Below, piece after piece: positions 31,700 to 41,580 of a DNA stretch of 64,000 nucleotides. The translations under genes were made by a program, and so were the position numbers. Location: positions 1 through 64,000 of the forward strand of contig CALKOM010000115.1 of assembly GCA_938091905.1 (NCBI GenBank), given 5' to 3'. Under the pieces are notes generated by a model. The model searched no databases and had not been told where the DNA came from. It was given only the letters and a program-made list of their open reading frames with translations. This DNA comes from an uncultured Verrucomicrobiales bacterium. GTDB lineage: Bacteria > Verrucomicrobiota > Verrucomicrobiia > Verrucomicrobiales > DEV007. The stretch's first letter is position 1; every line of letters begins with the position of its first letter.

Positions 31700-32699
31700 T
31701 CGGTGTTTTGGAGCGAGAGTCGAAAGTATCCTCTTGGCGATTCTTCGAGCACCATGATGACTTCTTTTTGATCGGGGCCGAACGGAAAGGCGCCTTTCTG
31801 TGGTGGGTTGAACGGTGTCCAGTCCGTGAGGTTTTGGGATTGCATGAGAACACCGGTGACCGCGCGGGCATGGTTGGCTCGTGGGTAGCGTAGTTGGTAA
31901 ACGCCGTCGTCTTGCCGAACGAAATGCACGTAGCTCTGGTTTGGATTGGTGGGGTCCGTCCCAGAGTGAAACTCGGCCTGATTGGTTAGGCCGTCAGCAT
32001 CGGGATCTGCTTCCTGCCCAATGGTGATCTCGTGGTTCGCTGCCTGTTCTGTTTGAGTTAGTGTTCTGCTGGTGATTGCAGAGTCAGCGGCTGTTTGAAC
32101 ACACTCAGTGGCCGTGCGAACTTGATCGGAGTGCTGATGTGTTAAGTAAATGTCTTGATCGACAACGACCTCCCACTGTTCGTGAGTCGGAGAGTCGACC
32201 AAGCCATTGAGAATGACCAGTCGTCGCTGGTTGTTATTGGTAGGTTGCTCAGAGGTGCTTTTGAAGTGGGGGAAGTCCTGGCGAGCTTGTTTGCGATTGC
32301 CGCCTTCACCGACGGTGGCGTCGATGCCCGCGTGAGTGAAGGCTGCTTGCGTAGCAAAGTCTTGGACTGTGCTGTCGAAACCGTCCGGTTCGAGTCCGAT
32401 TGCTAGGCTGATGATTTCGATGCTGCTACGATTGCGGGGCAGCGCATGGTCGTCTGATTGATAGTAGTCGATAATGCTGGTCCCAAACTGAGAGCCATAG
32501 AAAGCGCACTCACTTCACCAGGGAGTGAAATAGTAGAGGACAACGATTTTCCTTCGAAGTCAGCGAGACCATATGTTTCAAGCGTGCCATCACTGCCAAA
32601 TGTGCTGACTCTCACGTTGCCAGGCGTTTTGTAAGCTGATGTGGGCACCAAGAGGAGCGCCCAGACCAAGAGGCTGGTCGCGACCTTGGGGGCGGCCAC
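31700..32699 (-). pseudogene. Second redoxin/TlpA-like UxxC gene with acidic repeat and terminal module; one frameshift; 3' end uncertain
   Basis: Signal peptide + YGLADFEGK, 1-nt shift in the A-run at ~32547-32550, then IVVLYYFTPW-TGA(32515-32517)-SEC; open into ORF 31192-32202 (ILNGLVDSPTHEQWE, DPDADGLTNQAEF..GTDP, SQNLTDW, YFRL). Confidence 0.65.
32478..32497 (-). promoter_or_regulatory. Candidate SECIS hairpin of the second UxxC gene
   Basis: UGG-C-UCUC-AGUUU-GGGA-CCA; loop 25 nt after UGA; same AGUUY loop as 10853-10869. Confidence 0.45.
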
Positions 32700-32818
32700 G
32701 ACAAGCCTTGGGGGGGGATGGAGATTGGGAGAGCCACGGGGTTGGGTTCAGTGAGGAGATGTTTGAAGAACAGATTTGTTTCCAATGATCTTGGCAAGTG
32801 CCCATAATCGAAGCTTGC

Positions 32819-33224
32819 ATGAGGCAGGTTCAAGGAAGTCGAACACATTGCCGCTGTTGTGCGGGATACTGAAGTCGCCCTCACCTTTTATCGAGATCAA
32901 ATACAGTTGCCGTTACTTTATAGTGAGGTCCTGGAAGGGCCAGGGGTGCGCTTGGGTCATCTGGATATGGGAAATGTTAGATTGCAATTGGTGGAGCCCC
33001 TTTCGACAGAACACTCTCTCCCGATGCATCTTGATGAGCATGGTGAGGGCTTTCATCATGTGTGCTGGAAAGTGGATGATATCGATGAGGCCATGGCAGG
33101 GCTGGAAAACCACGATCTTAAACCCAAACCTAACGAGCCGCATTCAGCGCCAAACGGAGGGCGGGCGGCGTTCATTGAGCCGTCAGAAACGCAAGGGGTA
33201 CTTTGGGAAATGACCGGCTGCTAG
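32819..33224 (+). CDS. VOC family protein (methylmalonyl-CoA epimerase-like); start possibly frameshifted
   Basis: EHIA.VVRD, LQLVEP, GEGFHHVCW.VDDI, AFIEP...GVL.E; ATG 32819 is out of frame by one base relative to FKEVEHI. Confidence 0.8.
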
Positions 33225-33319
33225 GCGAGATGGGTGCTTTACAACAGGAATGCGAAATTTGAATCGTTAGGTGGGATGAGCACGGCTAGAAGAGCTGCAT
33301 AAATCTAAGGTGTCTGCTA

Positions 33320-34097
33320 GTGTTAGTGCTCGCGATCATGGTTTGTTCCGGGTGCTTTCTCTCTCGGTCTCTCCATAAGAAGACGGTAAACTTGACGGTA
33401 GCCCATGTGCCTAACCAAGGTCTGCGGGTCAAATCAACTAATGGTCGGATTGAGCTGACCAGAGATCAGCGTTCAGATCACTGCCGTTGTTCGAGCCCGG
33501 ACACCAGAACGGTTGTAGGCGACGACGGTCAAGGCCGAGCGGGAAGCTAATGGGGAGCTTTCGGTGAGAGCGCTTTGGCGAAATAATAGAAGTCGATCAA
33601 ATGAGGGCTGTCACTATGTGGTGCTGGTGCCTCAGGTGTCTGCTCTCTATCTCGAAACGTCGAATGGCTCGGTAGAAGCCTCTGGGTTCTCGGGCAACGC
33701 GCGGCTGAAGATAAGCAACGGATCAGTGACATTGGAAGACCACGGAGGCCCGGTGAGTGTGTCAACGAGTAATGGAAGCGCCTCTGTTAGTAGGAGTTTG
33801 CAAAAGGCAGGCCTTAAGACGAGCAATGGGAAAATTGTGGCGTCTGGATTGAGTGGCGAAGTTGATTCGAGAATATAAAACAGGTCGATTTAGCTCGGGA
33901 TTACCCGCGAGTTTGATGGGGTGTTAGGTTTATCGACCTCGAACGGTTCGGTGAAGATTGATTTGGCCCTCGAAAGTGCGGTTGTCAGTCGAGCGAAGAA
34001 GCGGGCGGCAACACTACGGAGCGGTGGGAAGGGGATGCAATCCAAAGCGAGAACGAGTAACGGGTCGATACGTGTCGAGCGCGATTAGACCCACTGA
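33320..34097 (+). pseudogene. DUF4097-like beta-repeat lipoprotein, fragmented
   Basis: Repeated (T/S)SNGS/STNGR motifs spread across several frames with stops. Confidence 0.7.
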
Positions 34098-34171
34098 AAT
34101 GGCGGACCAGGCAGAGATTGGTTTCTCTGAAATAGTCAAGGAAGCCGGGCTGTGTAGGCTCAGGAAGTCGT

Positions 34172-35103
34172 ATGAGTAGTCGCCTATTTTCGTCAGTGGT
34201 CTTGGTGGTTGTTAGTTTGCTGGGTTTGGCCCGGGCGCACGGTGTCGGTGAGATCGACATCGTGGCTCAGGCAGTCGTCACTGAGGCCGACGCCACAAAG
34301 GTGTCACTTTTCTGGATTGGTGTTGCCTCGCGCTACCAGGTGCAATCCAGCGACACTTTGCCTGCTGCTTGGACTCCGGAAATGGGCGAGTTGAGATCCA
34401 CTACGGCGACGGTCTCTGCTGATAGCGAGGTTACGAGGCGGTTTTATCGTGTGGTCGCGGGTGATGCGGTGATCTCTCACGAGATCACATCGCCATTGCC
34501 AGGTGCACAGGTGGTGGCGGGATCGGTTTAGGGGGCATTAAGTTTGGAGCGAAGCCTTGCGACGTTTGCCTGGACCGCTGATAGCCCTGTGCCCGATTAC
34601 TGGTGGTTCTAAGCTGTAACTGAAGCGGACCCTGATCAAGATCACAACAGTGGTCGCCTCACATCGGACAAGCGATCGCAGCTTGTTCGGTTCCTACCGT
34701 TCGATGGATCGGCGACTCAAGTGACGCTATGGTCCTATTTTAGTGGTGCTGATGGACCGTGGATTTCTAAGGGGTCATACTTTCGCTACCCAAGACTTGG
34801 CTCTCCCCATGATCACTTCTCCAGGCCGGGGCGCGACGCTTGGAAATGATGGAAGCTTTGAGATGGATTCTCGCGGGGTTAATTAATGTAGCTACTTGGT
34901 TTGTCTTCCTCAGTTCTTCGATTGGTGGGAGCGAGTATGGCTTTAACGGGGCGGGGTCTTCAGATAATTCCACGATTTCCTATGACGATATGCAAGCGGT
35001 TGGGTTTTGGGTGTTTGTTAGTCTGTTCTGGGAGGTGAATGGCGACTGGCAGAGCAGAGATTATCGATTTAAGGCTCCTGTTGGCCCGGAAAGCTCGCTG
35101 TAG
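34172..35103 (+). pseudogene. Secreted protein with two ITSP..G beta-sandwich repeats, fragmented
   Basis: Signal peptide; YQVQSS..L...W...FYRV; ITSPLPGA..* ..F.W..LP.DGS..V.LW; second MITSPGRGA repeat after a frameshift. Confidence 0.55.
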
Positions 35104-35315
35104 TCGGTGATCCCAGCGAGTCAGATTTGTTCCGTTGGTGATTTGCTGGGCTTTTCTGTTGCTAAGTTGAAGCGAGTTTCTATGCTAACCGCCCTTGTTT
35201 TCCGGCTATCGGAAAGGAGGATTTCCAACCACGTTCGCGATGTTCATTTCCCACCCAGAAAGCACTACTTTTCCGCTTGTGAAATTTTTCACAAGCGCGT
35301 AGAAGTCCTCCGACC

Positions 35316-36137
35316 ATGCCCAACTTCTTTCCGCGCTGGACTAATTTGTTGCCCATCCAGATCGGCATCGCGCTGATGATGATGGGGTCTGCCGTAACGG
35401 CAGGTCTGTGGTATTATTTTACACCAAAGTACACGCGCGTCGGGTATCAGCCCGCTCAGCCTGTTCCTTTCAGCCACAAGATTCATGTGGAGCAGCACGG
35501 AATGGACTGCCGCTATTGCCATAATTTCGTTGAGAAGTCAGGGCACTCAAATCTGCCTTCCACGGCGACCTGCATGAATTGTCACAAGCATATCAAGAAG
35601 GAGAGTCCGAAGTTGGCTCCCGTGCGGGAGAGTTGGAAGACGGGCAAGCCGATTGAGTGGGTTAACATCCACGAAGTGCCAGACTATGCCTACTTCAACC
35701 ACTCGGTGCATGTGAATCGCGGGGTGAGTTGTGTTCAGTGCCATGGTCGTGTGGATGGCATGGAAGTGGTCTACCAAGATCAGCCTCAGAGCATGAGCTG
35801 GTGTTTGGATTGCCACAGGGCTCCCGAGAAGAATATTCGCCCCGTGGATGAGCTGCTGAATTTTGATTGGAAGGCTTCTGATGAAACTCGCGATGAGTTT
35901 TACGGCGAGATTATGGAGCGCAATGGAAAGACCGCAGACCAGCTGATTTCTGTTATAGAGTCGGACCAAAAATTACGCCCGATGGAGAATCGGGGAGAGC
36001 TGGGCAAAGAGGATCTGATCCGACTTTCTGAGCAGGTTTATGGCAAGGGTGAAATGACTCAAGAGGAGGTGGGGCTGCAGTTGAAAGAGGCCTGGAACGT
36101 GAACCCGCCGCTGAGCTGTTCAGCCTGTCACCGTTAA
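35316..36137 (+). CDS. actA: Alternative complex III pentaheme cytochrome c subunit
   Basis: N-terminal TM, QPVPFSHKIH, five CxxCH motifs. Confidence 0.92.
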   Translation: MPNFFPRWTNLLPIQIGIALMMMGSAVTAGLWYYFTPKYTRVGYQPAQPVPFSHKIHVEQHGMDCRYCHNFVEKSGHSNLPSTATCMNCHKHIKKESPKLAPVRESWKTGKPIEWVNIHEVPDYAYFNHSVHVNRGVSCVQCHGRVDGMEVVYQDQPQSMSWCLDCHRAPEKNIRPVDELLNFDWKASDETRDEFYGEIMERNGKTADQLISVIESDQKLRPMENRGELGKEDLIRLSEQVYGKGEMTQEEVGLQLKEAWNVNPPLSCSACHR

Positions 36138-36163
36138 CGCTTTTAGGCTGATTTGATCCACGA

Positions 36164-39100
36164 ATGAAACGCATCATCCATCATCCCAAGCCCGCGGAAG
36201 GCGAAAAACGTCGTTGGCGAAGCCTAGGCGAGTTGGAGGACACGCCGAAATTCCGTGAGTGGCTCGGCCGTGAGTTTCCCTCAGGGGCATCTGAAGTCGA
36301 GGACACGGAGTCTTCGCGAAGAAATTTCATGAAGTTGATGGGGGCCTCGACTGCCCTTGCTGGCTTTGGTGTGGCGGGTTGCCGTCGCCCTGAGAAATAC
36401 TTGGTGCCTTACACAAAAGCCGTGGAGTGGATTATTCCTGGTAAGGGGCTCTACTATGCGACTGCGATGCCCGGCCTTGGCGGATGCACGCCCGTGGTAG
36501 CGACGACCTATGAGGGGCGTCCGGTTGCTCTTAAGGGGAATGCGCTTCATCCGACGAATCAGATTGAGGTGGATGGAGAAGCCAAAAGCAGTTCGGGGAC
36601 GAATCACTTCGTGCCTGCGGCGGTGTTGAATCTGTATGATCCTGACCGTTCTCGCGAGGTTCTCGCGAAGGGTCAAGTCTCCACGAAAGAGGCCCTTCAC
36701 GCCGGTTTAGAAGCCATGCGAACTGAGTTGGCAGCTGCTCAAGGCAAGGGCTTGGCGTTGCTTGTGGGTGAAGGTGTTTCTCCGACTCGCGATCGCTTGT
36801 TGAGCGAGATTTCCGTGAAGTTTCCTCAGGCGAAGCTGTTCCGTTACGAGGCTTTCAATCACGACAATGTGCGCGCCGGCGTGAGGGCGGCTTTTGGGCG
36901 TGAAGATATTTCCCTGGTGCCTCGGTTGGACCAGGCGACAAGGGTGCTGTCGTTGGATTCGAATTTCTTGGGGCTGGATTCCGTTGGCAATGCCGCACTC
37001 GGGTTTTCCTCCGGTCGCCGAGCAGATCGCTTGGTGGATGGCGAGTGGCAACAGCGGTCAACGGATGAGATGAATCGTCTCTACGTTGTGGAGCCTGCGT
37101 TCACCGTGACGGGCAGCGTTGCTGATCATCGGTTGCGGGTAGCTGGAAGCCAGGTGGCGCGTGTGGCTGCGGCGGTTGCTCAGCAGCTTGGTGTGGCTGG
37201 TGTTTCTGCTGAAGTTGATGAGCGGATCGCGGCTTGGGTCAAGCCTGCGGTGGAGGATTTGCAGGCGGCGGCGGGCAAGTCAGTCGTTCTGGCAGGCCCG
37301 CAGCAGCCGGCTGAAGTTCATGCGTTGGTTGCGGCGATCAATGAGAAGCTCGGTGCCTTTGGTAAGACAATCACTGTGGTCCAGTCAGGCGAACGTGCCT
37401 TTGGTAGCCTAACAGAGTTGCGTGAAGCGGTGAATTCCGGTGATGTTACGTCAGTTATTAGTACGACGCCGGCGGATCCCGTGTATGACGCGCCTAGCAA
37501 CTTTCGCTGGGAGGAAGTCATCGAAAAAGCGACCTATGTTCATTTAGGTTTCAATCGTAACCACACTGCTATGCTGGCGGACTGGCACGTGCCTGGAACG
37601 CATTTCCTCGAAGATTGGGGTGATGCTCGAGCCGCTGATGGCACCTACTCGGTCATTCAGCCGATGGTTAATCCATTGGTAGGTGGAATTTCTGAGGTGA
37701 GCCTGCTCCTTAAGCTGCTCCAGGATGGTCCGCTCACTGATGAGGCTGCTCCTGTTTCTGAGGATGTCATTGTTGCTGAAGTGAAGGCAGTTCCAGGTGC
37801 TGATTACGAAGCTGTCAGGGATACTTTCCTAAATACTTTAGCCATTCCTGGCGACAAAGAGACGGCGTGGAACCATGCCCTCCGCGACGGGTTCTTAGCG
37901 AACTCCGGCTACGCGGCGGCCACTGTCAGTGGTTCTAAGGCGCAAACCCCTGAGCTTGCTGCTGCTCCTTCTGGGATCGATGCTCTTGAGGTCCGTTTCG
38001 TGCCTGACAATCGAGTTTATGATGGTCGCTATATCAACAATGGCTGGTTGCAGGAATCTCCTGATCCGATCACAAAGTTGACCTGGGATAACGCTGCGCT
38101 CATGAGCGTGAAGACGTTCAATGACCTGGGATTGAAGGAAGATGGTCAGCGTGTGAAGATGGCTTTCAATGGTCGCGAGGGGTTTTTCCCAGCGCTTCAA
38201 GCTCCTGGTCACGCAGATAACTGTGTCACGTTGTCCGTGGGTTACGGCCAGCGCGTGTGTGGTCGTGTGGGCTATGGAACGGGTTTTGATGCCTTTCGCA
38301 TGCGCACCTCCGTTTCTCCTTATGTGGTTAGCGGTGCCACGCTAGAAGTCCTGACGTCTGACGAAGAGATAAATCCTGCGTTGCCCATCGCCAATCACGC
38401 TCCCAAAGACGGCGTCCTTGTGGTTGAGAAGTGGTCGGAGCTCGCTCTGACGCAAGAACATAACAGCATGGAGGGGCGTGGGCTCGCCCGTGATGGTGGT
38501 CTCGAGGATTACCGCAAGGATCCTGAATTTGCACAGACCATCGGGATGGATTCGCATATCCCAGAGAATCAGCATTTTTACAAACCTCAGGGGCGCTCGA
38601 GTACTGGCTCAGTTCCTTTCAATGAGCTTGATCCGAATCACCAATGGGGGATGACGATCGATCTGAATACTTGTTTGGGTTGTACTTCCTGCCAGGTTGC
38701 TTGTCAGGCGGAGAACAACATTCCGATCGTGGGTAAAGACCAGGTCCTGCGGGGTAGGGAGATGGCGTGGATCCGGATGGATCGCTACTTCACTGATCCG
38801 ACCCTTGTCATGGAATCGGATCCGACAAACCACCAGCATTCTGACACAAAAAGCCGAGGTGTGGAAATTCTGAATGAGGATGCGTTGGAGATCTTGCCGC
38901 AGCCGGTCGCTTGTCAGCAGTGTGAGGCGGCTCCTTGTGAGGCTGTTTGTCCGGTCAACGCGACCGTGCACAGCGATGATGGCCTCAACGTGATGGCCTA
39001 CAACCGTTGTATTGGCACTCGCTACTGCGCGAACAATTGTCCTTACAAAGCCCGTCGTTTCAATTTCTTCGATTACAACAAGCGTAATCCGATTGTCACG

Positions 39101-39550
39101 AAGAAGATTCCTGGTTTGGAGTTCAATAATCTTTATGCAGGTCCTCTCGGAGAGACGCACAATGAGGGTATTGGTAACCTGCAGAAGAATCCCAACGTCA
39201 CGGTTCGTATGCGCGGTGTGATGGAGAAGTGCACCTACTGCCTCCAACGTCTCGCGGCGGCTAAGATTGCAAAGAAGGTTGAGGCAAGAGACTCTGACAA
39301 AATCAAATTGGGTAAGGATGCAGTGAAGACGGCTTGCCAGGAGTCCTGCCCGGTCGATGCCATCCAGTTTGGAAATATCAAGAATGAGGAGGACACAGTG
39401 AATCGCTTTAAGGAATCTCCTCGCAGTTACGAACTCTTGAAATATGTGAACACCCGACCGCGCACCTCTTATCTTGCGCGGATTAAGAACCCGAATTTGA
39501 AGATGCCAGGCGGTGTAGAAGTCGGCACAACATCCAAGCACATTCATTGA
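36164..39550 (+). CDS. actB: ACIII molybdopterin-oxidoreductase-like/Fe-S subunit
   Basis: WRSL.EL, REFP, SRRNFMKLMGAS, CRRP; Fe-S motifs CLGCTSCQVAC, CQQC...CEAVCP, CIGTRYCANNCP, EKCTYC. Confidence 0.95.
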   Translation: MKRIIHHPKPAEGEKRRWRSLGELEDTPKFREWLGREFPSGASEVEDTESSRRNFMKLMGASTALAGFGVAGCRRPEKYLVPYTKAVEWIIPGKGLYYATAMPGLGGCTPVVATTYEGRPVALKGNALHPTNQIEVDGEAKSSSGTNHFVPAAVLNLYDPDRSREVLAKGQVSTKEALHAGLEAMRTELAAAQGKGLALLVGEGVSPTRDRLLSEISVKFPQAKLFRYEAFNHDNVRAGVRAAFGREDISLVPRLDQATRVLSLDSNFLGLDSVGNAALGFSSGRRADRLVDGEWQQRSTDEMNRLYVVEPAFTVTGSVADHRLRVAGSQVARVAAAVAQQLGVAGVSAEVDERIAAWVKPAVEDLQAAAGKSVVLAGPQQPAEVHALVAAINEKLGAFGKTITVVQSGERAFGSLTELREAVNSGDVTSVISTTPADPVYDAPSNFRWEEVIEKATYVHLGFNRNHTAMLADWHVPGTHFLEDWGDARAADGTYSVIQPMVNPLVGGISEVSLLLKLLQDGPLTDEAAPVSEDVIVAEVKAVPGADYEAVRDTFLNTLAIPGDKETAWNHALRDGFLANSGYAAATVSGSKAQTPELAAAPSGIDALEVRFVPDNRVYDGRYINNGWLQESPDPITKLTWDNAALMSVKTFNDLGLKEDGQRVKMAFNGREGFFPALQAPGHADNCVTLSVGYGQRVCGRVGYGTGFDAFRMRTSVSPYVVSGATLEVLTSDEEINPALPIANHAPKDGVLVVEKWSELALTQEHNSMEGRGLARDGGLEDYRKDPEFAQTIGMDSHIPENQHFYKPQGRSSTGSVPFNELDPNHQWGMTIDLNTCLGCTSCQVACQAENNIPIVGKDQVLRGREMAWIRMDRYFTDPTLVMESDPTNHQHSDTKSRGVEILNEDALEILPQPVACQQCEAAPCEAVCPVNATVHSDDGLNVMAYNRCIGTRYCANNCPYKARRFNFFDYNKRNPIVTKKIPGLEFNNLYAGPLGETHNEGIGNLQKNPNVTVRMRGVMEKCTYCLQRLAAAKIAKKVEARDSDKIKLGKDAVKTACQESCPVDAIQFGNIKNEEDTVNRFKESPRSYELLKYVNTRPRTSYLARIKNPNLKMPGGVEVGTTSKHIH

Positions 39551-39573
39551 TCCTGGATCGCTGAGAACCTAGT

Positions 39574-41013
39574 ATGGCTAACGGAACCACAACCGCTGAC
39601 GGCACCGCTCCCGCACGCATGGAGCGTGAAGAGCTCGTGCTCAACAAGCGCTCCTACAATTGGATTACTGAACGAATCTGTGGGGTCATCGAAGAGCCTC
39701 AGCCGTTTATTTGGTGGCTTTTATTTATTCCTTCCGCGCTCATCGCGACTCTTGTGCCAATCGGCTTAATCATTCTCATCTCCACTGGCGTGGGTGTGTG
39801 GGGAAATAACCACCCTGTGGGTTGGGGTTGGGCCATTACGAACTTCGTCTTTTGGATCGGTATAGGACACGCAGGTACTCTAATATCCGCGATTCTCTTC
39901 CTCACCAGGCAGAAGTGGCGAACGTCGATTAACCGAGCGTCTGAGGCCATGACCTTGTTCGCTGTGATGTGTGCGGGCATCTTTCCCGCAGTGCACGTCG
40001 GCCGATTCTGGATGGTTTGGTTCCTAGCGCCCGTGCCGAATGCGAACGGCATCTGGCAAAACTTCAAGTCCGCTCTGTTATGGGACGTGTTTGCGGTATC
40101 TACTTACTTCACCGTTTCCGTTATCTTCTGGTATTTGGGACTTGTTCCTGATCTTGCGACGATACGTGATCGGGCAACTAGCAAGATAAAGAAATTCAGT
40201 TACGGTCTCTTTGCTCTTGGTTGGCGAGGCGGTAATCGCCACTGGAACCATTACGAAATGGCCTATCTTCTGTTGGCTGCGCTTTCGACGCCACTCGTGC
40301 TTTCGGTGCACTCGATCGTCTCCTTTGACTTCGCCACATCGACGGTGCCGGGCTGGCACACGACAATATTTCCACCTTATTTTGTGGCCGGTGCCATCTT
40401 CGGTGGTTTTGCTATGGTGTTGACCCTGATGATTCCAGTGCGTCGGATCTACAATTTGTATGATCTGATCACGCCGAAACACATCGACAACATGGCTAAG
40501 ATCATCTGCTTTACGGGATCGATCGTTGGTTATGCCTACCTGATGGAGCTCTTCATCGCCTGGTATGGTGGCAACAAGTATGAGATAGCCGCGTTCCGGA
40601 ACCGGATGTTCACTGGCTACTATCCATGGGCATACTGGTGCATGATGTTCTGTAACGTGGTTGCGCCACAGATCTTCTGGTTCAAGTGGGCTCGCCATAA
40701 TATTGTTGTTGTCATGACGGTCTGCATGTTTGTGAACATTGGCATGTGGTTTGAGCGCTTTGTAATCTTTGTTACTTCTATTGCTCAGGACTGGATGCCT
40801 GGTGCTTGGGACAAATACCATCCAACCTGGGTTGAGCAGATTACATTCCTGGGAACGTTTGGTTTCTTCCTTATGATGTTCATGCTTTTCATTCGTTTTT
40901 TCCCCGTCATTGCCATGTCGGAGGTGAAGGGCATTCTTCCGCAGTCTGACCCACACTATCATGAGCCCAATTCTGATGGCGCTGAACCTCAACCGGAGGA
41001 AGTGAAAGCGTAA
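39574..41013 (+). CDS. actC: ACIII NrfD/PsrC-type quinol-binding subunit
   Basis: [50 protein letters not shown]. Confidence 0.96.
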   Translation: MANGTTTADGTAPARMEREELVLNKRSYNWITERICGVIEEPQPFIWWLLFIPSALIATLVPIGLIILISTGVGVWGNNHPVGWGWAITNFVFWIGIGHAGTLISAILFLTRQKWRTSINRASEAMTLFAVMCAGIFPAVHVGRFWMVWFLAPVPNANGIWQNFKSALLWDVFAVSTYFTVSVIFWYLGLVPDLATIRDRATSKIKKFSYGLFALGWRGGNRHWNHYEMAYLLLAALSTPLVLSVHSIVSFDFATSTVPGWHTTIFPPYFVAGAIFGGFAMVLTLMIPVRRIYNLYDLITPKHIDNMAKIICFTGSIVGYAYLMELFIAWYGGNKYEIAAFRNRMFTGYYPWAYWCMMFCNVVAPQIFWFKWARHNIVVVMTVCMFVNIGMWFERFVIFVTSIAQDWMPGAWDKYHPTWVEQITFLGTFGFFLMMFMLFIRFFPVIAMSEVKGILPQSDPHYHEPNSDGAEPQPEEVKA

Positions 41014-41030
41014 CCAGCTTTCAATCGACC

Positions 41031-41573
41031 ATGATTTACGGTTATCTTTGCGAGTTTCCCTCGGCGTCAGCCCTTTATTCGGCTGCCGAGAAAGTACGAG
41101 ATGCGGGCTTTCGCAAGTGGGATGTGCATTCGCCTTTCCCCATCCACGGGATGAACGAGGCCATGGGCGTGAAGCGCTCGATTCTGCCTTGGTTCGTCTT
41201 CTTTGGCGGATCTACCGGTACATTGACTGGGTTTACTTTGCAGTATTTCACGCAGGTCGCTCTTTACCCGACTATCGTGCAGGCCAAGCCGGCAAACATT
41301 TTCACGATTCCGGCGTTCTTCCCAGTTATCTTTGAGCTGACGATTCTGTTTTCGGCGTTCACCTCGCTCTTTGGCTGCCTCGCTCTGATGGGCTTGCCGC
41401 GATTGAATCACCCACTCTTCACTTCGAAAAGTTTCAAGAAGTTTTCAGATGATGGCTTTTTCCTGTCTCTAGAGCGTCGTGATGAGAAGTTTGATCGCGA
41501 AAAGACACGCGCATTCCTAGAAGAGATGGGCGCTACTAATATTGAACTAGTCGAGGAGAGCGACTCTGCCTAA
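41031..41573 (+). CDS. actD: ACIII subunit D (DUF3341)
   Basis: HSPFPIHG, PAFFPVIFELTIL, DDGFFL. Confidence 0.93.
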   Translation: MIYGYLCEFPSASALYSAAEKVRDAGFRKWDVHSPFPIHGMNEAMGVKRSILPWFVFFGGSTGTLTGFTLQYFTQVALYPTIVQAKPANIFTIPAFFPVIFELTILFSAFTSLFGCLALMGLPRLNHPLFTSKSFKKFSDDGFFLSLERRDEKFDREKTRAFLEEMGATNIELVEESDSA

Positions 41574-41580
41574 TACTGCG

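Noticed and set aside
31192..31700. Genuine dual-coding overlap between ORF 31192-32202 and the DUF4190-like gene
   Set aside because: The overlapping tail has no protein-like motifs; it is better explained as run-on after loss of a stop.
6509..34531. Genome-wide stop-codon reassignment to explain the many in-frame stops
   Set aside because: TAA, TAG and TGA all terminate intact conserved genes (proS TAA, ruvA TAG, actB TGA). Interrupting stops are of mixed type and co-occur with frameshifts. Only the two TGAs at CxxC positions have specific recoding support.
38609..40992. Long antisense ORFs (312 aa, 304 aa) and similar ones opposite proS and the DUF genes
   Set aside because: Shadows of well-supported genes on the other strand, with no recognisable motifs.
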